IMG/VR virus record: IMGVR_UViG_3300021964_000047 | Span: 9,208 to 73,207 of that record | Reading direction: 5' to 3' (one strand) | DNA length: 64,000 nucleotides | Origin: a virus | Shown: piece after piece, positions 30,835-39,796 of the stretch | How the letters are laid out: every line of letters starts with the position of its first letter | Position numbering within the stretch: the stretch's first letter is position 1 | Program-made: the position numbers and the translations under genes | Notes under the pieces: generated by a model | Told to the model about the DNA's origin: nothing | The model's database searches: none | Seen by the model: only the letters and a program-made list of their open reading frames with translations

Positions 30835-31473
30835 ATGGGATTTCACGAATTACAATACAAGAAACTGTTAAGCGAACTTAAGTTCAAGAACGAAGAACTT
30901 GAGATTCTCGAAGAGTCTATGCACGAGATTCACATGGAGTTTGAGCAATATTATGCAGACTTTTTGAAAAGAAACGAATTATCCAAAGAAGAATTAGAAC
31001 AATCAAAAACGCCACAATTTCAACAATTCAAGAAAGAAATGGCTGCTCCAATGCCCGAGACCGATGAAACCGGCATAGTTGTCGTTGAGCAAATGTCCGA
31101 GGAAGACAAAGAAGCAAAGGCTGTCTTTGCGAAACTTTATAAAGAAATTGTTAAGAAGTGTCATCCTGATCGGCTATCAACAGATGACATGGATTATTTC
31201 AATAAAATGAATACACACTTCAAGGCCGCAACATGGGGCTATAACAATGCGAAATGGTCTATTGTCATTAAGGTTGCTGAAGAACTTGGAATAAAGCCTC
31301 CGAATTATAAAAAGATGAATGGTCATCTAAAGCGCGAGGTCAAAGAATTAGATAAAAAATTAAATCATTATAAGAAATCCTTTGGTTACATGCTTTACGA
31401 AGCCGAGGATGAAAGTTCCAAGGACAATATTATTAAAAACTTTATTTTTGCTTTATTTAGGAGGAGATTGTGA
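30835..31473 (+). CDS. J-domain (DnaJ-like) protein
   Basis: LYKEIVKKCHPD within a coiled-coil protein. Confidence 0.65.
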   Translation: MGFHELQYKKLLSELKFKNEELEILEESMHEIHMEFEQYYADFLKRNELSKEELEQSKTPQFQQFKKEMAAPMPETDETGIVVVEQMSEEDKEAKAVFAKLYKEIVKKCHPDRLSTDDMDYFNKMNTHFKAATWGYNNAKWSIVIKVAEELGIKPPNYKKMNGHLKREVKELDKKLNHYKKSFGYMLYEAEDESSKDNIIKNFIFALFRRRL

Positions 31474-31682
31474 GCACAAGAAAAACTATATCGGTTAGCG
31501 AGAACATGCATTTATTTGAGGACATATGTGATGGATCTATTTATCTTGAACTTGAAAATGTTGGCGACTGCACATTTGAATTGTGGACCAATGAAGACGG
31601 AACAACGTCGAGAGCTCTTGTTAGAATTAGCAAAGAAGATCTTGAGAAGATTGTAAATGATTATCGATCACGAGAAAGTTAA
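31470..31682 (+). CDS. hypothetical protein
   Basis: GGAGGAG SD; overlapping start. Confidence 0.55.
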   Translation: MSTRKTISVSENMHLFEDICDGSIYLELENVGDCTFELWTNEDGTTSRALVRISKEDLEKIVNDYRSRES

Positions 31683-31917
31683 AATTGGAACCTTGGTTCG
31701 TCTCGAGGAAGGCTCTTACTATTGTGAGATCGCCCAACAATATGTTCCAGTTTCATATTGCCAAATCGGCTTGGTAATTCATATCTTTAGATATGAAGTG
31801 TCCTCTTATCCTTGGGCCACATTAGGATACAAGTTCCTTGCCGATGTTGTTGTTGGCCCACACAGGCTAAGAGATGTCCCAGATTTCAAATTGTATGAGG
31901 TGAAGAGTGGCGGCTAG
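31657..31917 (+). CDS. KOW/SH3-like miniprotein
   Basis: VKIGTLV..IGLVI..LYEV. Confidence 0.5.
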   Translation: MIIDHEKVKIGTLVRLEEGSYYCEIAQQYVPVSYCQIGLVIHIFRYEVSSYPWATLGYKFLADVVVGPHRLRDVPDFKLYEVKSGG

Positions 31918-32290
31918 ATATCCGAGAAAATATTCGAGAGAACAAGAATACGAACAACTTTATAATAATTTCGAGCATCTTTTTTGTACGTCGTTTTGGG
32001 GCTTTGAAATTGGTCCCGGATGGTTTGAGTTCATTGCTGACTTTATTCTTAAAATGGACCGTTATATAACAGAGAACGATTTACCAAGAGAGGATTACAG
32101 AATCATGCAAGTTAAGAACAAATTCGGAACCTTGCGTATCTATCTTGCTGGCTCCGACTTTTATCTTAACACACTAATCGCAGAGACCGAGGCTCAAGCG
32201 AATGATTGCTGCATTATTTGCGGCAAGAAGGCCCTTGGTTCCATTGGGGTCTACACTCAAATGTGCGAGGAACACGTAAAAGAATTTTAA
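31907..32290 (+). CDS. conserved phage protein with C-terminal CxxC
   Basis: GPGW..QVKNKFGTLRIY..CIICG pattern. Confidence 0.6.
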   Translation: MAARYPRKYSREQEYEQLYNNFEHLFCTSFWGFEIGPGWFEFIADFILKMDRYITENDLPREDYRIMQVKNKFGTLRIYLAGSDFYLNTLIAETEAQANDCCIICGKKALGSIGVYTQMCEEHVKEF

Positions 32291-32300
32291 TAAAAAATAC

Positions 32301-32329
32301 TTGACAAGTTGCTCTTCGTATGTTATATT
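32301..32329 (+). promoter_or_regulatory. sigma70-type promoter
   Basis: TTGACA-N17-TATATT. Confidence 0.75.
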
Positions 32330-32360
32330 GTATACACAAACAAACACGGAGAACAACATT

Positions 32361-35300
32361 ATGCATTATGTTATATTAGATATTCAACCAATTGCTAACA
32401 ACACTGGCTATCCACCGTCAGGCTCTACTATTTCAGCCTTTCCTGCTGATCTGATGGCAGATCTAGGATTTACACAGCAGCAGATTGACGCTGTAACAGT
32501 TAATTTTAGTCATAATTCGGTTAAAACAAGAAATGGCTTCTTTGAATTTACGGCAAAGGTCTGCCCAATTCAAAACGCCAATCAAGCAACAGCTATTGCA
32601 TCACAACAAATTGTTGCCAAGAATAATCAATTGCAATCAATAATCGCAAAAAATACAAAAGGTTCAATTGATTTTGTCAATCTCCACGGTCACTCTGGTG
32701 TGGGCTCACCATTTGATGGGTTTGGTTATCCCGAAGACCATATGAACTTTGCTTACAGTAACGGAGCGAAGGCTCTCGCTTTGACCGATCATGGCAACAT
32801 GAATGGCTTGGCTTATCAAATTATGTACGCCAAGAAGATGCAAGCCGAAGGTAAAGACTTCAAGCCAATCTTTGGTGTTGAGGCTTATTTCATTCCGTCT
32901 GTTGAAGAATGGAAAGAACAACTCGAGGAATACAGAAAAGATAAGAAACTCGCAAAGCAGATTGATGATGATCAATCCGGAACCACGATTGAGAACGAAG
33001 GCGACTCAAAAGGTGTAACCAAACATGATATCAATCGCCGTCGTCACTTGATTCTTCTTGCTCAAAACCAAACAGGATTGAATAACATTTTTAAAATGGT
33101 CTCGCAAAGTTACACTGGAGACAACTTCTATCGTTATCCTCGAATTGACTTTGATTTGCTCTCGAAGCATAGCGAAGGCGTTATCGCTGCCTCTGCTTGC
33201 CTTGGCGGTGTCTATGCTGGCTGCTATTGGGAGAACCGAGAAGAAGGTGACGAAGCCGTGCTTCAAGCAATGCGCGAGGTCACAAAGAAATTCCAAGATA
33301 TTCTTGGTGATCGTTGGTATGGCGAGTTGCAATGGAACAATATCCCAGAGCAACATGCGCTAAATCAACATATCATTCAAATTTCAAAAGAAACTGGTCT
33401 AAAGTTGATCTCGACCTGTGATAGTCATTATCCAAGTCCGGACGCTTGGCAATCCAGAGAACTATATAAAAGATTAGGCTGGCTTGGTAAGAAGCCAGAA
33501 TGGGCTAACATGGAGTTGCCTCTCTCAACAGAAGAGATTGGATATGAGTTATATCCAAAGAACGGCAACCAAATGTGGAGGTCCTACAAAAAGTATTCAG
33601 AAGAATGTGGAGTAACATATGACGATGAAATCATCCTTAACTCAATTACAGAAACTTACACTATCGCTTTCGATAGAATTGAATCGTTCACCCCTGACAA
33701 CACTGTTAGGTTGCCTAATTTTGTCGTTCCTGCTGGGACTGACGCTACAACATACTTGGGCCAACTTGCTTTCGAAGGTCTTGTAAAGTTATTCGAGGAC
33801 AGAGATATTGAAAGTAAAGTTCTCTTTGAGAAATATAGCAAGCGTTTAAACGAAGAACTTGATGTTATCAACTCTCGTGGTTTCGCCAAGTACTTCTTGA
33901 CGATGAAAGCGATTGTAGACAAGACAGCCGAGGTTCAACTCGCAGGTCCCGGTCGTGGTTCAGCAGCCGGCTCTCTTGTTGCTTATGCTCTCGGCATCAC
34001 TCAAGTCGATCCAATAAAATATGGTCTTCTGTTCTCTCGTTTCCTTCGTTCAGATGCGAAAGATTATCCTGACATTGACTATGATGTGTCTGATCCAATG
34101 GTTCTCAAAGACAAGTTGATTGATGCTTGGGGCGACAATGTTGTGGTTCCTATTTCAAACTGGAACACTCTTCAATTGAAATCTCTTATCAAAGACATTG
34201 CTCGTCTTTATGAGATTCCGTTTACAGAAGTAAACACTGTGACCTCGAAGATGCTGTCAGAGGCCACGCCTCTTGCTAAAGCAAGACACGGTATCAAGGC
34301 TGGTGTCTACACTCCAACTCTCACAGAAGTTATGGAATTCTCCGAGTCTCTTCAAAAGTTCTTCAGATCTTATCCTCAAATCGAAAAGCATTGTCGTGAT
34401 CTCGCAGGACAAGTTAAGTCCTGTTCCAGACACGCTGGTGGCGTTGTGATTGGTGAGTCGCTCAACGAGTACATGCCGCTTATCTCTTCAAAAGGTGTTC
34501 GCCAAACTCCTTGGTCCGAAGGTCAGAATGTTCGTCAGCTTGAGCCAATGGGCTTCATCAAGTTTGATATTCTCGGTCTCTCAACTCTGCGAATGATTGA
34601 AGATTGCATTGAGAAGATCCTTCGTCGGCATCACGGCATCGCCAACCCAACGTTCGAGGACATAAAGAAATTTTATGATGCCAATCTTCATCCAGATAAG
34701 ATCGACCTTAATGACCAAGAGGTTTACAAGAACATCTTTCACGAAGGCAAATGGATCGGAATCTTCCAATTCACAGAGAACGGAGCACAAACCTTTGCTC
34801 AACAAGTAAAGCCTTGCTCTATCATTGATATCTCTGCTATCACTTCTATTTATCGTCCCGGTCCTTTGTCTGCTGGCGTTGACCGACAGTATGTTGCCGC
34901 TCACAACAACCCTGAAGATGTGAGATACATCAATGATTATGTTCAAGATGTAACAGAAGAGACACACGGCTTTCTTATCTTTCAAGAGCAGATTGCTATG
35001 TTGGCTCACAAGTTAGGTCGCAACCTTACCTTGGATGAAGGTAATCTTCTTCGTAAGGTTCTCACAAAGAAAGGAACAGGCAAAGGCCACGAGGTCAAAG
35101 ATGCTATTCATGAGAAGTTTGTTCTTGGCTGTCAAGACAAAGGCATGCCGCTGTGGCAAGCAGAAGAGCTTTGGCAAACCTTTGAGTATTTCTCTGGTTA
35201 TGGTTTCAATAAGTCTCACGCTGTCAGTTATTCTATTATCTCTTATCAATGCGCTTGGTTGTGTCATTACTACTCAACAGAGTGGACAGCGTCCTTTTTG

Positions 35301-36095
35301 GACAAAGAGCCAGAGGCTCGCAAAGAGAAAGCAATCAACTTGGCAAAGCAGCACGGCTATACAATCCAGCCTCTCAATGTTAACAAGTCAGGTCGTACTT
35401 GGGAAATCCTTGACGACACAACACTTGTTGCTCCTTTGACCACAATCAAAGGCCTTGGTGACAAAGCGATTGATCAGATTCTTGCTCACCGACCTTTCGA
35501 GAACATAGAAGAATTTTTATTTCATGATAAGATTGTATATTCCAAACTTAACAAAAAGTGTTTGGATGCTCTTGCGAGAGCTGGTGCTTTGAAAGAATTG
35601 CAAGACGATCGCTTCACAGGCGACAAGCATTTCTGGACAGCGACATGTGTTGATCGTCCAAGAAAACTAAAGAACCTTGGAGAGAACATTGAGAAGTATC
35701 GTCCTGAAGGCAACTTCACAGACGACGAACGCATTGACTTTCTTGCCAATCTTACAGGCATCTTCCCAATCAATCTTGTGATTGACGAAGGCATTCAAAG
35801 AAAGCTCGATCAATACTGTATTCCACCAATCTCGGAGTACGACCCAGAACTAGGAATGTGTTGGTGCATTGTTCGCGAGGTCACAAAAAAGAAAACTAAA
35901 GGCGGCAAGTTATTCTATGTCGCCAAGGTTATCGACAATAACTCTGTCGAAACAACAATTCGTTGTTGGTCTGTAAATCCAGAGCGTGATATCCTGTATA
36001 TCAATAAGACTTATATGATCAAACCACAATACAACGAAACATGGGGCTTTTCAACCCGAGGGTCCCTTAATAATGCTTGGGTTATGTTAGGTTAA
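32361..36095 (+). CDS. dnaE: DNA polymerase III alpha subunit (family C)
   Basis: PHP LHGHS and TDHG, GPGRGSAAGSLVAY, PDIDYD, KFDILGL, YGFNKSHA. Confidence 0.95.
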   Translation: MHYVILDIQPIANNTGYPPSGSTISAFPADLMADLGFTQQQIDAVTVNFSHNSVKTRNGFFEFTAKVCPIQNANQATAIASQQIVAKNNQLQSIIAKNTKGSIDFVNLHGHSGVGSPFDGFGYPEDHMNFAYSNGAKALALTDHGNMNGLAYQIMYAKKMQAEGKDFKPIFGVEAYFIPSVEEWKEQLEEYRKDKKLAKQIDDDQSGTTIENEGDSKGVTKHDINRRRHLILLAQNQTGLNNIFKMVSQSYTGDNFYRYPRIDFDLLSKHSEGVIAASACLGGVYAGCYWENREEGDEAVLQAMREVTKKFQDILGDRWYGELQWNNIPEQHALNQHIIQISKETGLKLISTCDSHYPSPDAWQSRELYKRLGWLGKKPEWANMELPLSTEEIGYELYPKNGNQMWRSYKKYSEECGVTYDDEIILNSITETYTIAFDRIESFTPDNTVRLPNFVVPAGTDATTYLGQLAFEGLVKLFEDRDIESKVLFEKYSKRLNEELDVINSRGFAKYFLTMKAIVDKTAEVQLAGPGRGSAAGSLVAYALGITQVDPIKYGLLFSRFLRSDAKDYPDIDYDVSDPMVLKDKLIDAWGDNVVVPISNWNTLQLKSLIKDIARLYEIPFTEVNTVTSKMLSEATPLAKARHGIKAGVYTPTLTEVMEFSESLQKFFRSYPQIEKHCRDLAGQVKSCSRHAGGVVIGESLNEYMPLISSKGVRQTPWSEGQNVRQLEPMGFIKFDILGLSTLRMIEDCIEKILRRHHGIANPTFEDIKKFYDANLHPDKIDLNDQEVYKNIFHEGKWIGIFQFTENGAQTFAQQVKPCSIIDISAITSIYRPGPLSAGVDRQYVAAHNNPEDVRYINDYVQDVTEETHGFLIFQEQIAMLAHKLGRNLTLDEGNLLRKVLTKKGTGKGHEVKDAIHEKFVLGCQDKGMPLWQAEELWQTFEYFSGYGFNKSHAVSYSIISYQCAWLCHYYSTEWTASFLDKEPEARKEKAINLAKQHGYTIQPLNVNKSGRTWEILDDTTLVAPLTTIKGLGDKAIDQILAHRPFENIEEFLFHDKIVYSKLNKKCLDALARAGALKELQDDRFTGDKHFWTATCVDRPRKLKNLGENIEKYRPEGNFTDDERIDFLANLTGIFPINLVIDEGIQRKLDQYCIPPISEYDPELGMCWCIVREVTKKKTKGGKLFYVAKVIDNNSVETTIRCWSVNPERDILYINKTYMIKPQYNETWGFSTRGSLNNAWVMLG

Positions 36096-36107
36096 ATCGG
36101 AGGAAAA

Positions 36108-36527
36108 ATGAAAGTTAAAATTAAAAAATTACACCCTGACGCTGTCATTCCATCATACGCTAAACACGGTGATGCAGGAATGGATATTGTTTCCATAAGA
36201 AAGGAAAAGGATAAGCATAATAACGATGTTCATTATACAGGTATTGCTCTTGAAATACCAGAGGGATATGTTGGGCTTATCTATCCTAGATCTTCTATTT
36301 CAAAAACAAGCTGTGCTTTGCGAAACGCTGTTGGAGTTATTGACTCTGGCTATCGTGGAGAGATCATATTTAAGTTTGCTTGTTCGTCAAATCTAAATTG
36401 CTATAAAGTCGGAGATCGTATTGGCCAACTAATTATTATGCCTTATCCTCAAGTTGAACTTGTAGAAGTCCAAGAACTTTCTGACACTGAACGAGGTGAC
36501 GGCGGTTATGGATCAACGGGGGTTTAA
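36108..36527 (+). CDS. dut: trimeric dUTPase
   Basis: AGMD, PRSS, GVIDSGYRGE, RIGQL, RGDGGYGSTG. Confidence 0.95.
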   Translation: MKVKIKKLHPDAVIPSYAKHGDAGMDIVSIRKEKDKHNNDVHYTGIALEIPEGYVGLIYPRSSISKTSCALRNAVGVIDSGYRGEIIFKFACSSNLNCYKVGDRIGQLIIMPYPQVELVEVQELSDTERGDGGYGSTGV

Positions 36528-36802
36528 TGAATAGAGCACAACGAAGAGCTGCTGCCAAGCGCAACAAACAGAATGAAAATTCTGAAGTTGAAGAAAAGAT
36601 GGCTCTATTCGGTAAGCTGCCTGACGAATGTCAGGCATGCCTTTCCCCGTTCGATAAGAAGGACAGGAACCAAGTTATGACTTGGTCGGTTGTTGTTCGG
36701 TCAGACACCGAACAAGTTAGGCTTTATTGCCCAGACTGTTGGTCAAAGGCTAAAGCAGTTGTTGAAGCATACGAGAAAGAAAATGGACGAGATCAAGAAT
36801 AA
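36527..36802 (+). CDS. small Zn-finger protein
   Basis: MNRAQRR N-terminus; CxxC..CxxC. Confidence 0.6.
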   Translation: MNRAQRRAAAKRNKQNENSEVEEKMALFGKLPDECQACLSPFDKKDRNQVMTWSVVVRSDTEQVRLYCPDCWSKAKAVVEAYEKENGRDQE

Positions 36803-37112
36803 AGAAAAAAGAGTTGTCTTTACGGACACAGATGTTCGACATGCTCAGTTGAGAATACGTCTTCAGCATGACAACCTTTCGCAAGCAGATTTCTTTCGCG
36901 CATTAATTACAGGATATCTTGAAAATGATGGGCGAATTGTAAAGTTTCTTGCTAATTATAAGGAGAAGCATGGCATCCAAAACAAGAAAAAGCGAGGCCG
37001 TGTTGTTGAGGAGATAGAGCAAGGAGAACATCTTTTGGAAAAATTCGGAATCAAAGACGACGAGTTAGAAGGAATCTTTGATATGATTGCAGAAGAATTT
37101 CCCGACCTTTAA
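36783..37112 (+). CDS. hypothetical (ribbon-helix-helix-like) protein
   Basis: KRVVF..LSQADFFRALI pattern. Confidence 0.5.
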   Translation: MDEIKNKEKRVVFTDTDVRHAQLRIRLQHDNLSQADFFRALITGYLENDGRIVKFLANYKEKHGIQNKKKRGRVVEEIEQGEHLLEKFGIKDDELEGIFDMIAEEFPDL

Positions 37113-37167
37113 TTCCTTTTCTTGTTTTGAATAATAATTAATAACAAACCTAGGAGATATTAATATC

Positions 37168-37692
37168 ATGGCTAAAAAACTTTTATCAGAAGCGCAAGTA
37201 CGTAAATTTATGGGACTTGCTAATATGGATGCTAATCTTTCTTCAAACTTTCTTAAAGAAATGTATCACAAGCGTGATGATGAAGAAATGATGAACGAAG
37301 AAGAAGAAATGGAAATGGACGCTGATATGGAAGCGAAAATGGACATGGTAGATGCGGCCCCCGAAGGAGGTGATATGGAGGGTGAAGCCGACGGACCAGA
37401 CGTAGAACTTGATGAAGAAGAAGTTGCTGACGCACAAGAAGCAATGTCTAAAGTTCAAGCAGTTCTCGACAAACTTATGGGTGGCGCAGGTGCCGGAATG
37501 GATGACATGCCAGCCGAAGAACCCATGGATGACATGGATATGGGCGGAGAAGAAGAGATTGACGCTGATGTAGAAGTTGAACCTACCGAAGATGAAATCG
37601 TTCAAGAAGTTGCCCGTCGTGTTGCTCGTCGTATCAACGAAGCCGCTCGTGCTCAAAAGAAAGCCGATCGTCTTCTTGGTCGCAAAAAATAA
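37168..37692 (+). CDS. acidic scaffold/core-like head protein
   Basis: Very D/E/M-rich, LLSE and FLKE motifs, basic C-terminal helix; AATAATTA upstream. Confidence 0.5.
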   Translation: MAKKLLSEAQVRKFMGLANMDANLSSNFLKEMYHKRDDEEMMNEEEEMEMDADMEAKMDMVDAAPEGGDMEGEADGPDVELDEEEVADAQEAMSKVQAVLDKLMGGAGAGMDDMPAEEPMDDMDMGGEEEIDADVEVEPTEDEIVQEVARRVARRINEAARAQKKADRLLGRKK

Positions 37693-37724
37693 CTTGACAA
37701 ATCGTTCATAAACGGTTACAATAT

Positions 37725-37751
37725 AAGGAGAGGGCAACCTCTCCTTTTTTT
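37725..37751 (+). terminator. intrinsic terminator adjacent to the promoter at 37694-37722
   Basis: AAGGAGAGG-GCAA-CCTCTCCTT followed by a T-run. Confidence 0.8.
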
Positions 37752-37762
37752 ATGGAGGTAAA

Positions 37763-38143
37763 ATGGAAATCATTTTATATGGCCTTTTCTTTATAACAGG
37801 ATACCTTGTTCATAGCACGATTGTTTATGTGTTGTCTCTCGGAATCTCTGTTACAATATATAAGAGAGCCATTGAAGATTGTCTGTTATTATTTGCAGAC
37901 AATTATGAAAAGCAAATTCATATGAACGAAGCGCTTTATCTTTCTTTTAAACAAAACGGAGCACCTGATGAGGTGATTGATGATCTTAAGAAGCGAGACA
38001 AGATAAAACTGAAAGAGCATATGAATTCTGTAATCTCGAACATGCTGAAAATCGTCCCGACAAGATTTCGAAACTTAATTGATTTTAATAATTGGGAAAC
38101 AGCCGAGAAAGAAATAACAAAAATAATAAAGTCAAGAAAATAA
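37763..38143 (+). CDS. membrane-anchored hypothetical protein
   Basis: N-terminal hydrophobic segment; GGAGG SD. Confidence 0.55.
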   Translation: MEIILYGLFFITGYLVHSTIVYVLSLGISVTIYKRAIEDCLLLFADNYEKQIHMNEALYLSFKQNGAPDEVIDDLKKRDKIKLKEHMNSVISNMLKIVPTRFRNLIDFNNWETAEKEITKIIKSRK

Positions 38144-38196
38144 CTTGACAACCTATTCAGAACATGTTATATTATATAAGTCATTAGGAGGTAATT

Positions 38197-38880
38197 ATGA
38201 CATTTGGAAAACGTAGAAAAAAAGCTGATGAAGAAATCGATGAAACTTCAGAAGAAACAACCGAACCAACGGAACCAACAAAGCTCAAAATAAACCTTGG
38301 GCAATTGCTTGGTAACGGAAGTGATAAAGATCCTCGGATTATCGGCTTGTTCGGTGGTGTTGAAGAAGAGAAAGCAGGAGAGCTCTGCTATCATCTTATA
38401 ACAATGTCAGAACCAGAACCGCCTGTATTTGATGAAGAAGGGGAAGAGATTCCACCTGAACTTGTCGAGGACATTACATTTTATATTTCAACATACGGCG
38501 GCTCTGCTGATGATATGTTCTCAATTTATGATGTAATGAACTTTGCAAAGACTCGTTGCGATGTTGTAACCGTTGGTCTTGGAAAGGTTATGTCCGCTGG
38601 TGTTCTTCTTCTTGCTGCTGGAACCAAAGGAAAGCGCAAGATTGGACGCAACTGTCGTGTTATGATCCACGCTGTCTCTGCTGGTAATGTTGGAACTATC
38701 CATAACCTTGCAAATGAGTTGGAAGAAATTCAGCATCTTCAGGAGGCTTATATTGATGCAATTGTTGAGAACTCGAATTTTACAAAGAGATCTCTTAAGA
38801 AACTTATGGATCGAAAGGTAAATGTATATTTATCTGCTGAAGAGGCCATAGAACATGGAATTGCTGATATTTTGATCTAA
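38197..38880 (+). CDS. clpP: ClpP-family protease
   Basis: ISTYGGS, VMSAGVLLLAAG, VMIH, LSAEEAIEHGIAD. Confidence 0.85.
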   Translation: MTFGKRRKKADEEIDETSEETTEPTEPTKLKINLGQLLGNGSDKDPRIIGLFGGVEEEKAGELCYHLITMSEPEPPVFDEEGEEIPPELVEDITFYISTYGGSADDMFSIYDVMNFAKTRCDVVTVGLGKVMSAGVLLLAAGTKGKRKIGRNCRVMIHAVSAGNVGTIHNLANELEEIQHLQEAYIDAIVENSNFTKRSLKKLMDRKVNVYLSAEEAIEHGIADILI

Positions 38881-38902
38881 TTATAGTAAAAAGGATTCAA
38901 TA

Positions 38903-39796
38903 ATGGATAAAATTTTCTATAATGAGTCCTCCGCCGTTAAACTTGGGTGGTCCCCCGATTGGTTTGGGGCCTCCCATTTTGACGAGGAGTTGCTCAAAAA
39001 GGTCAAGAAGTTTCAACAAGAGCACGGTTTAACCGCTGACGGCTTGGTTGGGCCAACGACTTATCGTCGTATTTGGACCGAAAGAGAAGCATCGCTTGCT
39101 GATTATCGACCAAAGACTATTGCCAACCGAGGCCAATCTTATATTATATGCAACAATGATTATGTTGAAATTGATTGGCCTCGTGTTGTGCTTCCAATTG
39201 AAGCGGATGGTTTGAGATTAACATCTGGTTTCAAGACTGTCCGAGAAAAAAGAAAAGTAACAAACTTTGTTTGCCATTGGGATGTCTGTCTTTCATCAGA
39301 GTCTTGCTTCAAGGTTTTAAAGAACAGAGGAATCTCTGTTCATTTTGCAATTGATAACGATGGAACGATCTATCAGTTCTTGGATTGCAATCATATCGCT
39401 TATCACGCAGGCTCAACCAAATGGAACTCAAACTCTGTTGGTGTTGAAATAGCCAATGCTTATTATCCAAAGCATCAAGGCTGGTATAAGTCCAAAGGCT
39501 TTGGCGAGAGACCTTTGTGGGAAAACAAAAAGGTCCACGGCTCAACCCTTGATCCTTTCTTGGGCTTTTATGATGTTCAGCTCCAAGCGCTTCAGGCTCT
39601 TATGAAAGCAATGAACAAAGCCTATGATATTCCGTTTGCGTGCCCGACCGCTCCAAATGGTGAAACATCAACTGGTGTTTCAAGTGTGGCTGCCGCCGGA
39701 AGGTTCAACGGATTTATATCACATTATCATTTAAAGAAGACCAAAATTGATTGTGCCGGTCTTGATCTTAAGCAACTACTCGAGGAAATAAAATAA
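38903..39796 (+). CDS. endolysin: peptidoglycan-binding domain plus amidase
   Basis: VKKFQQEHGLTADGLVGPTT; SVHFAIDNDGTIYQ, AYHAG, SVGVE, SHY..KIDC. Confidence 0.85.
   Translation: MDKIFYNESSAVKLGWSPDWFGASHFDEELLKKVKKFQQEHGLTADGLVGPTTYRRIWTEREASLADYRPKTIANRGQSYIICNNDYVEIDWPRVVLPIEADGLRLTSGFKTVREKRKVTNFVCHWDVCLSSESCFKVLKNRGISVHFAIDNDGTIYQFLDCNHIAYHAGSTKWNSNSVGVEIANAYYPKHQGWYKSKGFGERPLWENKKVHGSTLDPFLGFYDVQLQALQALMKAMNKAYDIPFACPTAPNGETSTGVSSVAAAGRFNGFISHYHLKKTKIDCAGLDLKQLLEEIK

Noticed and set aside
21330-36095. Inteins or introns in nrdJ or dnaE
   Set aside because: Lengths are normal and no intein splice motifs or frame interruptions were seen.
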